A DNA stretch of 24,568 nucleotides from Chthonomonadales bacterium (GTDB lineage Bacteria; Armatimonadota; Chthonomonadetes; Chthonomonadales; Chthonomonadaceae), in NCBI GenBank assembly GCA_038217285.1, contig JBBQPO010000059.1, forward strand, positions 1 to 24,568, in the 5' to 3' direction. The position numbers and the translations under genes are program-made. Each line of letters opens with the position of its first letter. Position 1 is the first letter of the stretch. The notes under the pieces are model-generated. The model did not search any database. It saw only the letters and a program-made list of their open reading frames with translations, and was not told where the DNA came from. Shown one piece after another: positions 9,301 through 17,636 of this stretch.

Positions 9301-11419
9301 GGATCCACGCGCCGACCTCAAAATCAACTCTGCGGACATCCGGCTGGATGACTATGTGATTACCGAACTGACCGGCCAGGCGACGCTGACTAAAACCGCC
9401 GCCACAGGTTCCGGAGCGCGTATTGTTTTGCGACCGATACTGCCTCTGCCTGACGCCAAACCGGACAGTCCGGACACCACGCTGGCCCTGGGCCGCTTCT
9501 CTGTCGCCTATAAGGGGAATGTAGAGGCCGATCTTACGGCCTATAACCTGGACGCTGGACTTCTGAAAGGCTTTCTGCCACCGGATAGACGTATCGACGT
9601 CAGCGGCACCGTCGACTATCTCAACGTGGTCGCCTCCGGAAAAACGGCATCTCCGAACCTGGAAGTCTCGCTCAACCTGCGAAATATCGGCTATCGCGGC
9701 CAGACCCTGGATCGTGTAGACATCTCCAGGGCGGAGGTACGTGGAGCGACCGTTGAGAACGGCAAGGTCGTCGAGACAGGCTACATTCGCGCGAGTGATA
9801 TTCAGGTGGAGAAGCGGGACCGGAGCACCAAAGAGATTCGCAAATATACGGGTCATGCCGCCGGGTCGATCACCGGCTTCCAGTGGCAGGCGCCCTTTGT
9901 TCCCGACGATGCGAAACTGGATCTGACGGCGACATTCGCACCGCAGGACGCCACCGACAACAACCTGCGCGTGGTATCGCTCTTCGCGCCGAATCTCCTG
10001 CCGCCCACGGTGGAAGGCACCCTGACCTTAAATGCCGCCGTGCAGGGCACACGCGCCGCGCCGCGTCTTACCGGCGGCCTCGCGGTCACCGCTCCCAAAT
10101 TTCAGTTCGGCAACTTCGCGACCGGGCTGCGTGATCTGCGCGCCGTGCTCACGTTCCACGATGATCGGATCGAGGTGACGGAGTTCGGCGGCCACACGCA
10201 GGTCTACGATGCGCAGGGTCGCGAGATCAAAAAGGGCGGGACCGGCTCGAACATCGCCCTCACCGGCAGCCTTCCACTTGGCGTCGATGGAACCCAGGAC
10301 TCAAGAGGAATGCACCTCTTCGTCGATCAGACGGTGTTCGATGAGACAAATCTTCCAGGGCTGAAGGGAGCGAAAGCCCGTGGGATGGCCCGGCTCAATC
10401 TCGACGTGACCGGCTCACTTGTAGATCCAACCTTGAGTGGAACCGTCAGTATACATGATACGCAGGCCAGCCTTCCGACCGAATTCGGTGGTCTGGCAGG
10501 TACCGGGGTGTCGCTGCCGATCGCTCCCCGTTTCAATCTTTCGATACTAATCGACGAAAAGACGGTGCGTCTGGTCAATCCCCTGTTGAATGTGCGCGCC
10601 GGAGGCTACGTCACGATAAAGGGCAGCCTGCCGAAAGCGGAGGCCATCTTGCCGCCGACTGCTCCGAAACCAACCTCCGTGCCAGCGGAGCCACCGACCT
10701 CCGCCGACAGCCTGAACATTACCGGCCGAATTACGCTGGCGGAGGGAGTCCTGACTCTGCCGACCGCCCGCTTCAAGATCGTCCCTCCCGGTGTGCTCAG
10801 TCTGAACTATCCTGTGTACGACGCCGGTCAGCCGAGTTTCAGCTTGAATGTGGACGGCCTCAAAGCACAGACGTCGCTGTCGGCGACCTCGCTCGGCGGG
10901 GTGCGGAAACGCTACAAGGTGACGGTGAACGTCTCCGGGCCGCTGACAGGCAGCAGTGGCAACCGTTTCGCAACCCAGTCCGGACTACGGCTCATGTTCG
11001 AGACCAGTCCCGATGACCTCGCTCTCGGTCAGGCAGCTCTCACGCAGCGTCTGGTCGGAGCGCTGATCGGCGTCGACAATATCAATCAGTTCGGCCAGAA
11101 TCCTGCCCAGGCATTCGCCTCCACCCTCACCAACGTTCTCACGAGCTCCTATCTGCCCGGCGTGTTCGACAAGTTCGCGGCAGGCCTCGGCTTCGAAGAG
11201 TTGGTCGTCAACTACGATCCAGTGCAGCGTCTGACGCTCTCGATCAGTCGGCACCTTTTCGGCCCGATCTACGTCAGTTATTTTCGCACACTGGAAAGCA
11301 CACAGGAGAAATACGACCTGAAACTCAGTTTCCGGTTCCGACAACGCTATCAGTTATCCTACGATCTCGACGAACAGCATACTTCGCGATATCTTCTGGA
11401 AGGAGTCTGGCGGTTCTAA
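6338..11419 (+). CDS. tamB: TamB/AsmA-like (DUF490) large periplasm-spanning beta-taco protein
   Basis: 1693 aa, single N-terminal TM anchor, AsmA-like N-terminus (RPELMLSRDPRGLWNF), repeated 'GT...P...G.L' beta motifs and C-terminal beta strands ending EGVWRF. Lies upstream of an Omp85 gene. Confidence 0.85.
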   Translation: MRRLRLLINALLFLVPICVLSIGAYRFVQRIFRYLNTDARLAGTASAEATRALGRRVVIGDVKIDGHPFGLFGASRIVLKNIFVADSPTDDTTAFVRAGSVTIAYSLRQILSGDAKTALVDEIRVVRPELMLSRDPRGLWNFTQLIKPRTGGGRPFVDRVAFTDGTVLYNDQAFPHPPKVPARPLRTHLGHLSGIILIRPDKSVAFDVAGIATPDIVKEFHVVGIFDPATLRSTVHVAANDLSLPFFSGRFLPPTVGRTTSGFANLDLTALYSPVNTTPPNTLDPNALDVHGAVTFRNVTVSVPQATAPLEGMHGVVSLVGQSALTDITGRFSGASFHLNGSAFNLLRRARHNNKITWELGKPTLAMKGSLQNAEFVRFAHLLHYERYFPKLPPQVVVALNKSRASGDADFQVVGPLDDPTATVNTHLPTVQYDTFRGEAVEAQLLYAHRIVDTDIRARYAGGEVVVRARVGLDKPGTFQVQGHGKNLHIARLGIDLHDTVSGTARVDFTMRGQIGQTPNVTAQAELLDAGVHGQTFHSVYVRAETVGHKLVLRTVRAEDTKGFALASGTVDLKTQQLNINIEANELDIGALAQAFPLPVMLPLGKKPNPADAETEPLPIDGIGYLRASIGGTVKAPELRGKLSAFALQTDKKDANSLLANKAEVSFALNRDALHITQGTVERYPGLITFFGDIDGLFAGKPELHLTVRTDDKNRLSVADLLQVAKIETPGFLLAGTLATTDLKIEGTPNDLRVNTPFTARIVDATINGVRVDNVFVTATFDGTKLHLLKAGADIAEGSLTASGTVAKDGTLDLDVSGSHIVLDKLQQTLPDVILDNVTGIANVEAHITGTMQDPVADARRVELLGLAYNGYNAGDIRGTARFADKTLFAQNFTLTDATTNRAVLLVPDLAYHLASKSFQTDRPIRLDGIPIARVRDLIRSLPAPQNDPTSSLAGSFGQTELGRIATQYMNKMEGALSGTLSVTGTVEDPRADLKINSADIRLDDYVITELTGQATLTKTAATGSGARIVLRPILPLPDAKPDSPDTTLALGRFSVAYKGNVEADLTAYNLDAGLLKGFLPPDRRIDVSGTVDYLNVVASGKTASPNLEVSLNLRNIGYRGQTLDRVDISRAEVRGATVENGKVVETGYIRASDIQVEKRDRSTKEIRKYTGHAAGSITGFQWQAPFVPDDAKLDLTATFAPQDATDNNLRVVSLFAPNLLPPTVEGTLTLNAAVQGTRAAPRLTGGLAVTAPKFQFGNFATGLRDLRAVLTFHDDRIEVTEFGGHTQVYDAQGREIKKGGTGSNIALTGSLPLGVDGTQDSRGMHLFVDQTVFDETNLPGLKGAKARGMARLNLDVTGSLVDPTLSGTVSIHDTQASLPTEFGGLAGTGVSLPIAPRFNLSILIDEKTVRLVNPLLNVRAGGYVTIKGSLPKAEAILPPTAPKPTSVPAEPPTSADSLNITGRITLAEGVLTLPTARFKIVPPGVLSLNYPVYDAGQPSFSLNVDGLKAQTSLSATSLGGVRKRYKVTVNVSGPLTGSSGNRFATQSGLRLMFETSPDDLALGQAALTQRLVGALIGVDNINQFGQNPAQAFASTLTNVLTSSYLPGVFDKFAAGLGFEELVVNYDPVQRLTLSISRHLFGPIYVSYFRTLESTQEKYDLKLSFRFRQRYQLSYDLDEQHTSRYLLEGVWRF

Positions 11420-11503
11420 GGCGAAAGAGGAGAGCAAGACGAATGAACGTCGGCGACAGTCAACAGTCAGTCCATTTTTTTTAGCGCCGCGCAGCGGCGA
11501 CCA

Positions 11504-11529
11504 TGTAACAATTCCTCCTGGCGTGCGTC
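11504..11529 (+). promoter_or_regulatory. Putative ECF-sigma-dependent (autoregulatory) promoter
   Basis: TGTAAC (11504-11509), 16 nt spacer, CGTC (11526-11529). Matches the generic ECF 'AAC-N16/17-CGT' architecture and lies directly upstream of the ECF gene. Confidence 0.6.
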
Positions 11530-11623
11530 CTATTAGCAGCAGAACGAGTTCACTTGCCACACTTCCAGCGTACCCAAAGGGGCCGGAAACGGTGTAACAC
11601 GCCGCCGCTCAGGGGGATCAGGT

Positions 11624-12358
11624 ATGTCGTCTATTCAGGCCGAAGCCGCCGGTATTTTCCCGGGGTTGCTTGCAGGCGGAGCCGCGAATCGGGAAACCGA
11701 GCCGACTTCCGTGCCGCAGGCTGTCGCATTGGGCGACCGGTATGACCACTGCCACTCCGCGCCAATCCAGGACAGAGACCGGGTCATGAATGCACTCCCG
11801 CCGGAAGATGCCGACAGAAATCTTGACTTCGACGCTCTTGTCGCCAAATACGAGAAGAAGATCTTCAACATCATCTATCGATTTATCGGCGATTACGAAG
11901 AGGCGACCGATCTGACCCAGGAAACGTTCATCAGCGCGTTTCGCCACTACGACAAGTTTCGTGGCGAATCCAAGGTGTTCACCTGGCTCTATCAGATCGC
12001 CCGCAACCTCTGCATCAACCGTATTCGGCAGCGCGAACGGCAACGCAGTCTGCGCATCGAGTCCCTCGACCAGCCCCGGGATGCCCACGACGAAGACAGC
12101 ATGACCCGGGAAATCGCCGACCTCACCCAGTCCCCGCACCAGAAACTGGAAGAAAAAGAGCTGCGTCAGCGCGTTCTGGCGGCCATCGAGTCCCTGCCGC
12201 CCGACTATAAAGAGGTTATCCTGCTGCGCGAGTTTCAAGAGCTGTCCTATAACGAAATCGTGGAGGCGACTGGCCTGACGTTGGAAAACGTCAAGACCCG
12301 TCTCTCCCGCGCACGCGGGATGTTGCGGCGTAAGCTGGAACCCTACTACCGCATGTAG
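11624..12358 (+). CDS. ECF-family RNA polymerase sigma-70 factor (RpoE/SigW-like)
   Basis: Region 2 EATDLTQETF..FRGESKVFTWLYQIARN and region 4 LPPDYKEVILLREFQELSYNEI..VKTRLSRAR. Start is either ATG 11624 (AGGGGG SD) or ATG 11786. Confidence 0.93.
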   Translation: MSSIQAEAAGIFPGLLAGGAANRETEPTSVPQAVALGDRYDHCHSAPIQDRDRVMNALPPEDADRNLDFDALVAKYEKKIFNIIYRFIGDYEEATDLTQETFISAFRHYDKFRGESKVFTWLYQIARNLCINRIRQRERQRSLRIESLDQPRDAHDEDSMTREIADLTQSPHQKLEEKELRQRVLAAIESLPPDYKEVILLREFQELSYNEIVEATGLTLENVKTRLSRARGMLRRKLEPYYRM

Positions 12359-12515
12359 GTTTGTTTCGGTTTTAGGGTACTATAGACAGGGATTTTCTAA
12401 CCTGCCACACGACGCGCCATTCCCTCGTACTGCGCACTATCTGCCCTGTCCGAAAGCCTGGAATCATCGCGTTGTTCCCGCTACCGGACACGCGCATTGG
12501 AGGATCGCTTTTTCC

Positions 12516-14420
12516 ATGAAAACTCATAAACTCAAGAGGCGGTGTTTCACGCCGTCTCTTCTGCTTATCTCCCTTCCCCTCGCCGGACTTTGTCTCGGCA
12601 CAGTCGTCCCGGTCGCCGCACAGGCTAAACAGGCGCCTATCGGAACGCAGGTCATCGGCGACTTCATCATCACAGGCAATAAGACGCTCTCGAAAGACGC
12701 GATCATTGCCCTCAGCCGACACCGGATCGGGGATCCCTGCAACGATCAGGTGCTCAGCGAAATCAAAGCCAATCTGAGCCAGACCGGATACTTCGGGACC
12801 CAGCACAATCTGGATACCCCGGAGGACTGGGTCCGCGTACAGGCCGAAGATGAGAACCCGCCCACCGGTAAGTGCAAGGTCGTGATCCGCGTCGATGAGA
12901 ACGATCCCATCAAGGACTTTTCCATCACGGGGTCGGGTCCGGTCAAGATCGAAGAGGTCCAGAACCTGGTGCATGCTAAGAAGGGCGGCGTCTACAACTA
13001 TATTCAGTTCCAGCGAGACGCCGAAGATATCATGCGCCTCTACAACAGCAAAGGCTATGTTGCCACGCTCGGCGAAGGCGCAGGGATGGACGATAAGGGT
13101 GTTCTGACCGTGCCTATTACGGTCGTTCGCGTCGCGGAGATCCGTCTGGTCAAGAACCGCAAAACACAGCGCAATGTCGTACTGCGGGAACTGAAGACAA
13201 AAGTCGGTGGATTCTACAATCGTGATGTCTGGCAACAGGATCGAATTCGCCTGTTGAACCTCGACCTGTTCGAAGAGGTCATTCCCGGCGAAGAGATCAT
13301 TGCGCCAGGAGAGATTCGGCTGACGTTCAGCCTGCCGGAGAAACGCACGGGCAGCATCTCCGTCGGCGCGGGCTACAGCAGTCGCCAGCAGTTGATCGGG
13401 CGAGCAGAGATTTCGGAGACCAACTTCCGTGGGCGAGGCGAAGCCGTCAACCTGCTCTGGGAGACCGGCAGCGTTTCCGGTAAGAGCAGCATCGAACTCG
13501 GCTTTACCGAGCCTTATCTGGATCGACGCCACACGTCGCTCTCTGTACAAGTTTACGACAAAACCATCTACCGATTCGCCAACTCCTTGACCAACAACGT
13601 GGTAACAGGCGGAGCAACGTCCACGACAGACACTCGGTACAACGAACAGCGCATAGGAAGTACGCTCGCCGTCAGCAAGCCCATCAACAGCAGCACACGC
13701 GGTACTCTCAGCCTGCGCGCCGAGAATGTTCGCACCGATCCTCTCGACCTGACCGGGATCAACGCCTCCATCATTCAGGATGGACCGATCTTTTCCGTCG
13801 GCAGCAGCCTCCTGCACGACAGCCGCGACCTGATTCTCGATCCCGTCAAGGGCGGGTATCAGACCTTCAGCCTGATGGTCGGACATGCCGACCTCAAGCC
13901 CCCTGCAACCCTTAACGGAGGGATCGTGAACGGCGGCGTCTACGGCAGTCACAGTTTCGCCAAGTCCTCGATCGAAGCCCGGCAGTTCTTCAATCTTCAG
14001 AAGCCGCGTCGCCGCGACAAACCGGATGAAGAGAGAACCTCCCTCGCGCTGCGCATGCTGGTCGGAGCCTCCAACGGTACACTCCCCTTCTTCGAGCAGT
14101 ATTTCGTCGGCGGCGCGGAGACCCTGCGCGGCTATCGGGAAGACCGTTTCTGGGGCAAGTATCTCATGCTCGGCTCTGCTGAGTTGCGACAGCCGTTGGC
14201 ACGAGGCTTGAAAGGCGTCATTTTCTCCGACCTCGGGGATGCCTGGGGCGGGGCCTATCAAGGGGTAAATATTCAAGGCTTCAATCAGGGTGGGTTTCGA
14301 CCGCACGTGAGCGTCGGCCTCGGTATACGCGTTCGCACTCCCCTCGGCCCTATTCGCCTCGACTACGGCATCGGAAATGAAGGCGGACGTACGCACTTCA
14401 GCATCGGCAACGTCTTCTGA
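12516..14420 (+). CDS. bamA: Omp85/BamA family outer membrane protein assembly factor, about 3 POTRA domains
   Basis: GGAGG SD, signal peptide, three POTRA-like repeats, barrel start TGSISVGAGYS and ETNFRGRG, loop-6 motif VGGAETLRGY, terminal strands RTPLGPIRLDYG..HFSIGNVF with C-terminal Phe. Confidence 0.92.
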   Translation: MKTHKLKRRCFTPSLLLISLPLAGLCLGTVVPVAAQAKQAPIGTQVIGDFIITGNKTLSKDAIIALSRHRIGDPCNDQVLSEIKANLSQTGYFGTQHNLDTPEDWVRVQAEDENPPTGKCKVVIRVDENDPIKDFSITGSGPVKIEEVQNLVHAKKGGVYNYIQFQRDAEDIMRLYNSKGYVATLGEGAGMDDKGVLTVPITVVRVAEIRLVKNRKTQRNVVLRELKTKVGGFYNRDVWQQDRIRLLNLDLFEEVIPGEEIIAPGEIRLTFSLPEKRTGSISVGAGYSSRQQLIGRAEISETNFRGRGEAVNLLWETGSVSGKSSIELGFTEPYLDRRHTSLSVQVYDKTIYRFANSLTNNVVTGGATSTTDTRYNEQRIGSTLAVSKPINSSTRGTLSLRAENVRTDPLDLTGINASIIQDGPIFSVGSSLLHDSRDLILDPVKGGYQTFSLMVGHADLKPPATLNGGIVNGGVYGSHSFAKSSIEARQFFNLQKPRRRDKPDEERTSLALRMLVGASNGTLPFFEQYFVGGAETLRGYREDRFWGKYLMLGSAELRQPLARGLKGVIFSDLGDAWGGAYQGVNIQGFNQGGFRPHVSVGLGIRVRTPLGPIRLDYGIGNEGGRTHFSIGNVF

Positions 14421-14426
14421 AACAGG

Positions 14427-14478
14427 CGGGGCACGGGCCGGAAAGACAGCTTCTCGCCTCCGTGCCCCGGCTTTTATT
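14427..14478 (+). terminator. Putative intrinsic terminator after bamA
   Basis: Perfect 10-bp inverted repeat CGGGGCACGG (14427-14436) / CCGTGCCCCG (14460-14469) around a 23-nt partly pairable loop, followed by GCTTTTATT. Confidence 0.55.
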
Positions 14479-14536
14479 CGCACTCGCGCCACCAGATTTT
14501 TCCTTCGGGAACGGGCGAGGAATGCCGTATACTGTC

Positions 14537-14565
14537 TTGCGTTCGTGTCGTCAATCTGCTATAAT
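14537..14565 (+). promoter_or_regulatory. Strong sigma70 promoter (extended -10) for the skp-lpx operon
   Basis: TTGCGT (14537-14542), 17 nt spacer, TATAAT (14560-14565) preceded by TGn. AAAGGA SD follows at 14586-14591. Confidence 0.75.
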
Positions 14566-14597
14566 ACGACGCCTGTGAACCAGCGAAAGGATATTCT

Positions 14598-15272
14598 GTG
14601 ATGTCACCATTAACCCCCAGCCTTCGGCTGGTTGTGATTACTCTCGTCGTCGGCTGCGTCGTCGCTTCCTTGACGGGCGCGACGGCGAAAGAGCGTGCCG
14701 CCGACACCGGCCTGAAGGTCGCGGTGGTCAATCCGGCCCGCATTATCCTGGAAACCAAATACTACAAGACCGAAACCGACAAACTGTCCAAGCTTCAAGC
14801 CGATATGCAGACCATGGTGCGCACCTGGGAACAGAACAATCTTCTGTCACAGGCCGACCAGCAGACGCTAGGCGAACTCGTGGTACAGGAAGAGACCAAA
14901 GAGGGTCTGGACGCCGGTAAGAAGGCCCAGAAGCAGCAGATCACGGATCGGGGCAAGGCGCTGTTCGGCGAGTTGCTCACTCTGCAGACGAAGGGACAGC
15001 TCAACCAGGTTGAAAACGACCGCCTTCGCGAATTCGCGAAGGCGGCTGCCGATACTCAGAAGCGTGAACAGGACAAGGTCAACACCGTCAAGGCGGAGAT
15101 CGATACGAAACTGGCGGCGATCCGCGAAGCGACCGACAAGAATGCGCGTGAGAGCCTGAACAAGATCGCCAAAAAGGACGGGTACAACCTCGTCTTCTCC
15201 AGCGAAGTCCTTCTCTATTCTGAGAACGATATCACGGAAAAGGTGCTCACCGATCTCAACAACAGCAAATAG
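14598..15272 (+). CDS. skp: OmpH/Skp family periplasmic chaperone
   Basis: Signal peptide, KVAVVNPARII head strand, coiled-coil arms and C-terminal IAKKDGYNLVF..LLY..DITEKVL. Follows bamA. Start is GTG 14598 or ATG 14601. Confidence 0.88.
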   Translation: MMSPLTPSLRLVVITLVVGCVVASLTGATAKERAADTGLKVAVVNPARIILETKYYKTETDKLSKLQADMQTMVRTWEQNNLLSQADQQTLGELVVQEETKEGLDAGKKAQKQQITDRGKALFGELLTLQTKGQLNQVENDRLREFAKAAADTQKREQDKVNTVKAEIDTKLAAIREATDKNARESLNKIAKKDGYNLVFSSEVLLYSENDITEKVLTDLNNSK

Positions 15273-15297
15273 GAGTATCGGCTGCGTCCGGTACAGG

Positions 15298-16482
15298 GTG
15301 AACGCGATGTTGCCCAAAAGACGGGGCGGGGCGGTGGCGCGGAACGCGTCGCTCCTCGCCCTCCTCGCTATGATTTCAGGGCTGGCGTCCGGATGCCGCA
15401 ATTCGACGCCGACGCCTCTTAAGACGCGCCAATACGTTCGCCTGGACGCTCTGCTCCCTCTCCATCCTGTCTGGGCTCAGGTGCTGGCATTGGACGCGGC
15501 GCAGGCGCGTTTTCCTGCCGCTCAGGCCCAGGCAGCCGCACTCAAATACCCTCTGACGCCGCTGCCTGAAGTGTTCACCCCCCCTGTGACCGTTCCCCCG
15601 AGTCTGGCGAGCGAGCGGGAGAAAAGAGTGCAGGAAGATTCTCTGCACTACGTACAGCAGACCGAACAGGCGCTGACCGCCAAAAATATAGACATTGCGA
15701 AGCGGATGGAACGAGATGAACACCGGCAAACCGAAGCACGTTACGGTCGCGCACTCGCGGACAGCGAGTTGAAATTGAGCGAGGCGAACGCGCTGGAGGC
15801 GGATCGGTTGGACGCCCGGATCAACACACTCGGCTTTCGGCAGGTCGCGTTGCGTTCCCAGATCACGGCCTACACCAATCGGCTGAATCAGGATCCTCGT
15901 AATCCGATCGTACAGGACGCCGTCCGGCAGGAAGCCCTGGTCTCCGCACAGATGAATGCGCTGGAAGACCAGCGCAAAGCGGTTCTGGCGCGTGACGTGC
16001 GAACGATCGCGGTTGGGCAACTGGCTCCGCAGCGTCTGCAGTGGCTGGCGGAGAGCGCCGCCCGCATGCAAAGCCGTCGAGCAGAACTGGCCGACAGTGT
16101 CCTGCAGCAGGTTAACCAGGCCCGCGCCCGCCTCAAAAACGATACCAGGCCGATCCCACCGCTGGCGAGCACGGTTCTACCGCCCGTCGATCCGCAGGCC
16201 ACACCCCTGCCCCTGCCTCTGGGGCCGGATGCACCCCGCGCCATCGGGAATGCCCAGGCTCAGTTGAGCGTCGCGATGGCGCAGGAGCGGCAGGCCTGGC
16301 AGGCGCAGAGAGAGGCGTTGATCGCCGTGATCCGCGCCGACACCGCGCAAGCGGTGGCGCAGATCGCGCGCAAAGAAGGCTGGAATATGGTCCCGAGCGG
16401 ACAGGCTGGTACGGATATCACGGCAGAAGCGGCAGGAGCCCTCCGCGCCCAGTGGCGTCAGAACGCGGGCTCGGCGCCCTGA
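15298..16482 (+). CDS. Putative lipoprotein, elongated OmpH/Skp-like
   Basis: Lipobox LASG|C (Cys codon 15394), N-terminal [12 protein letters not shown], Skp-like C-terminus [21 protein letters not shown] and a long helical middle. Start may be ATG 15307. Confidence 0.65.
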   Translation: MNAMLPKRRGGAVARNASLLALLAMISGLASGCRNSTPTPLKTRQYVRLDALLPLHPVWAQVLALDAAQARFPAAQAQAAALKYPLTPLPEVFTPPVTVPPSLASEREKRVQEDSLHYVQQTEQALTAKNIDIAKRMERDEHRQTEARYGRALADSELKLSEANALEADRLDARINTLGFRQVALRSQITAYTNRLNQDPRNPIVQDAVRQEALVSAQMNALEDQRKAVLARDVRTIAVGQLAPQRLQWLAESAARMQSRRAELADSVLQQVNQARARLKNDTRPIPPLASTVLPPVDPQATPLPLPLGPDAPRAIGNAQAQLSVAMAQERQAWQAQREALIAVIRADTAQAVAQIARKEGWNMVPSGQAGTDITAEAAGALRAQWRQNAGSAP

Positions 16483-16553
16483 AAAGCCCCGAGGCGTTCC
16501 CGCATACGGTCGTAACCTTTGCATTCGATAATGAACTCATCAGGACAGAACCC

Positions 16554-17633
16554 TTGAACTCTCTCCCCCTATCGCAATGGACGCTCGCAGAGATCGCCGC
16601 CCTGGTCGGCGGCGTCGTGATCGGTGACCCGCAGACCGTGATAACCGGCGTCGCCGGAGTGGACGTGGCCGGGACAGGCGATCTGGTTTTCGCCGAGTCC
16701 ACGGCCTTTCTTACGACGGCCCTCGCGTCGGCTGCGACCGCCGTTCTCGCGGCGGAATGCCCGGATCCCGTGCCCGTCAAGCCGCTGATTCAGGTTGAAG
16801 CGCCCCGCCTCGCTTTCGTAAAGGTGCTGGAAGCCTTCGCGCCCCCGCTCGATCTGCCGGAAGGCATCCATCCCTCCGCACAGATCGGGCGCGATGTCAC
16901 CCTGGGCGCCGACGTGCGCATTGGAGCCAATGTCGTTCTTGGGGACAATGTGACGCTGGGCGAAGGCGTCCGGCTGTTTCCTGGGGTCTATATAGGCACG
17001 GGGTGCGTCGTCGGCGCAACGACCGTTCTTTTTCCGAACGTCGTACTTTACCACGGTGTCCGGGTCGGGCAGGGCTGCCGGATTCATGCAGGAACCGTAC
17101 TCGGATCGGACGGCTTCGGCTACCTCCCGGTAGGCGGTCGCATTCGCAAAGTGCCCCAACTCGGCGGCGTCGAGGTCGGAGACGATGTGGAGATCGGCGG
17201 AAACACATGTATCGACCGCGCCAAGACCGGCATGACGACCATCGGGTCGGGAACCAAAATAGATAATCTGGTGCATATCGCGCACAATGTTCGCATCGGG
17301 CCGATGTGCCTTATCGCAGGTCAGGTCGGGATCGCCGGAAGCAGCACCCTCGGCACAGGCGTCATGCTGGCGGGGCAGGTCGGCGTTAAGGACCATATTC
17401 ACTTGAACGACGGCGTCCAGGTGGGAGCGCAAAGCGGACTGATGCGGGACGTGCCTGCAGGTGAGACGGTGTTCGGCTCCCCGGCGATACCGATACGGCA
17501 GAAGATGCGGGAGATGGTCGCCGCCACGAAAATGCCCGACACGCTGAAACAGATTTCCGCTCTTGAAAAGCGCCTGGCAGAACTGGAACGGAGGCTGCAA
17601 ACGTTGACGCCGCCCGAAGGCACACAGAATTAA
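16554..17633 (+). CDS. lpxD: UDP-3-O-(3-hydroxyacyl)glucosamine N-acyltransferase
   Basis: [12 protein letters not shown]-terminus, hexapeptide repeats, GSDGFGY, KVPQLG.V and [12 protein letters not shown]. Start placed at TTG 16554 (AGGA SD), avoiding overlap with the upstream gene. Confidence 0.95.
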   Translation: MNSLPLSQWTLAEIAALVGGVVIGDPQTVITGVAGVDVAGTGDLVFAESTAFLTTALASAATAVLAAECPDPVPVKPLIQVEAPRLAFVKVLEAFAPPLDLPEGIHPSAQIGRDVTLGADVRIGANVVLGDNVTLGEGVRLFPGVYIGTGCVVGATTVLFPNVVLYHGVRVGQGCRIHAGTVLGSDGFGYLPVGGRIRKVPQLGGVEVGDDVEIGGNTCIDRAKTGMTTIGSGTKIDNLVHIAHNVRIGPMCLIAGQVGIAGSSTLGTGVMLAGQVGVKDHIHLNDGVQVGAQSGLMRDVPAGETVFGSPAIPIRQKMREMVAATKMPDTLKQISALEKRLAELERRLQTLTPPEGTQN

Positions 17634-17636
17634 CGT

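Noticed and set aside
6656-9856. 680-aa and 343-aa minus-strand ORFs within tamB
   Set aside because: Antisense shadows explained by the codon bias of tamB.
11476-11499. T-run plus CGCCGC/GCGGCG hairpin after tamB as a terminator
   Set aside because: The T-run precedes the hairpin on the + strand (wrong order) and the minus strand has an A-run, so it fits neither orientation.
12516-12560. Twin-arginine-like KRRCF in the BamA signal peptide
   Set aside because: Poor match to S/T-R-R-x-F-L-K. Omp85 proteins are Sec substrates and basic n-regions are normal.
12372-14492. 706-aa minus-strand ORF antisense to bamA
   Set aside because: Shadow ORF of a GC-rich coding strand, with no recognisable motifs and full overlap with a confident gene.
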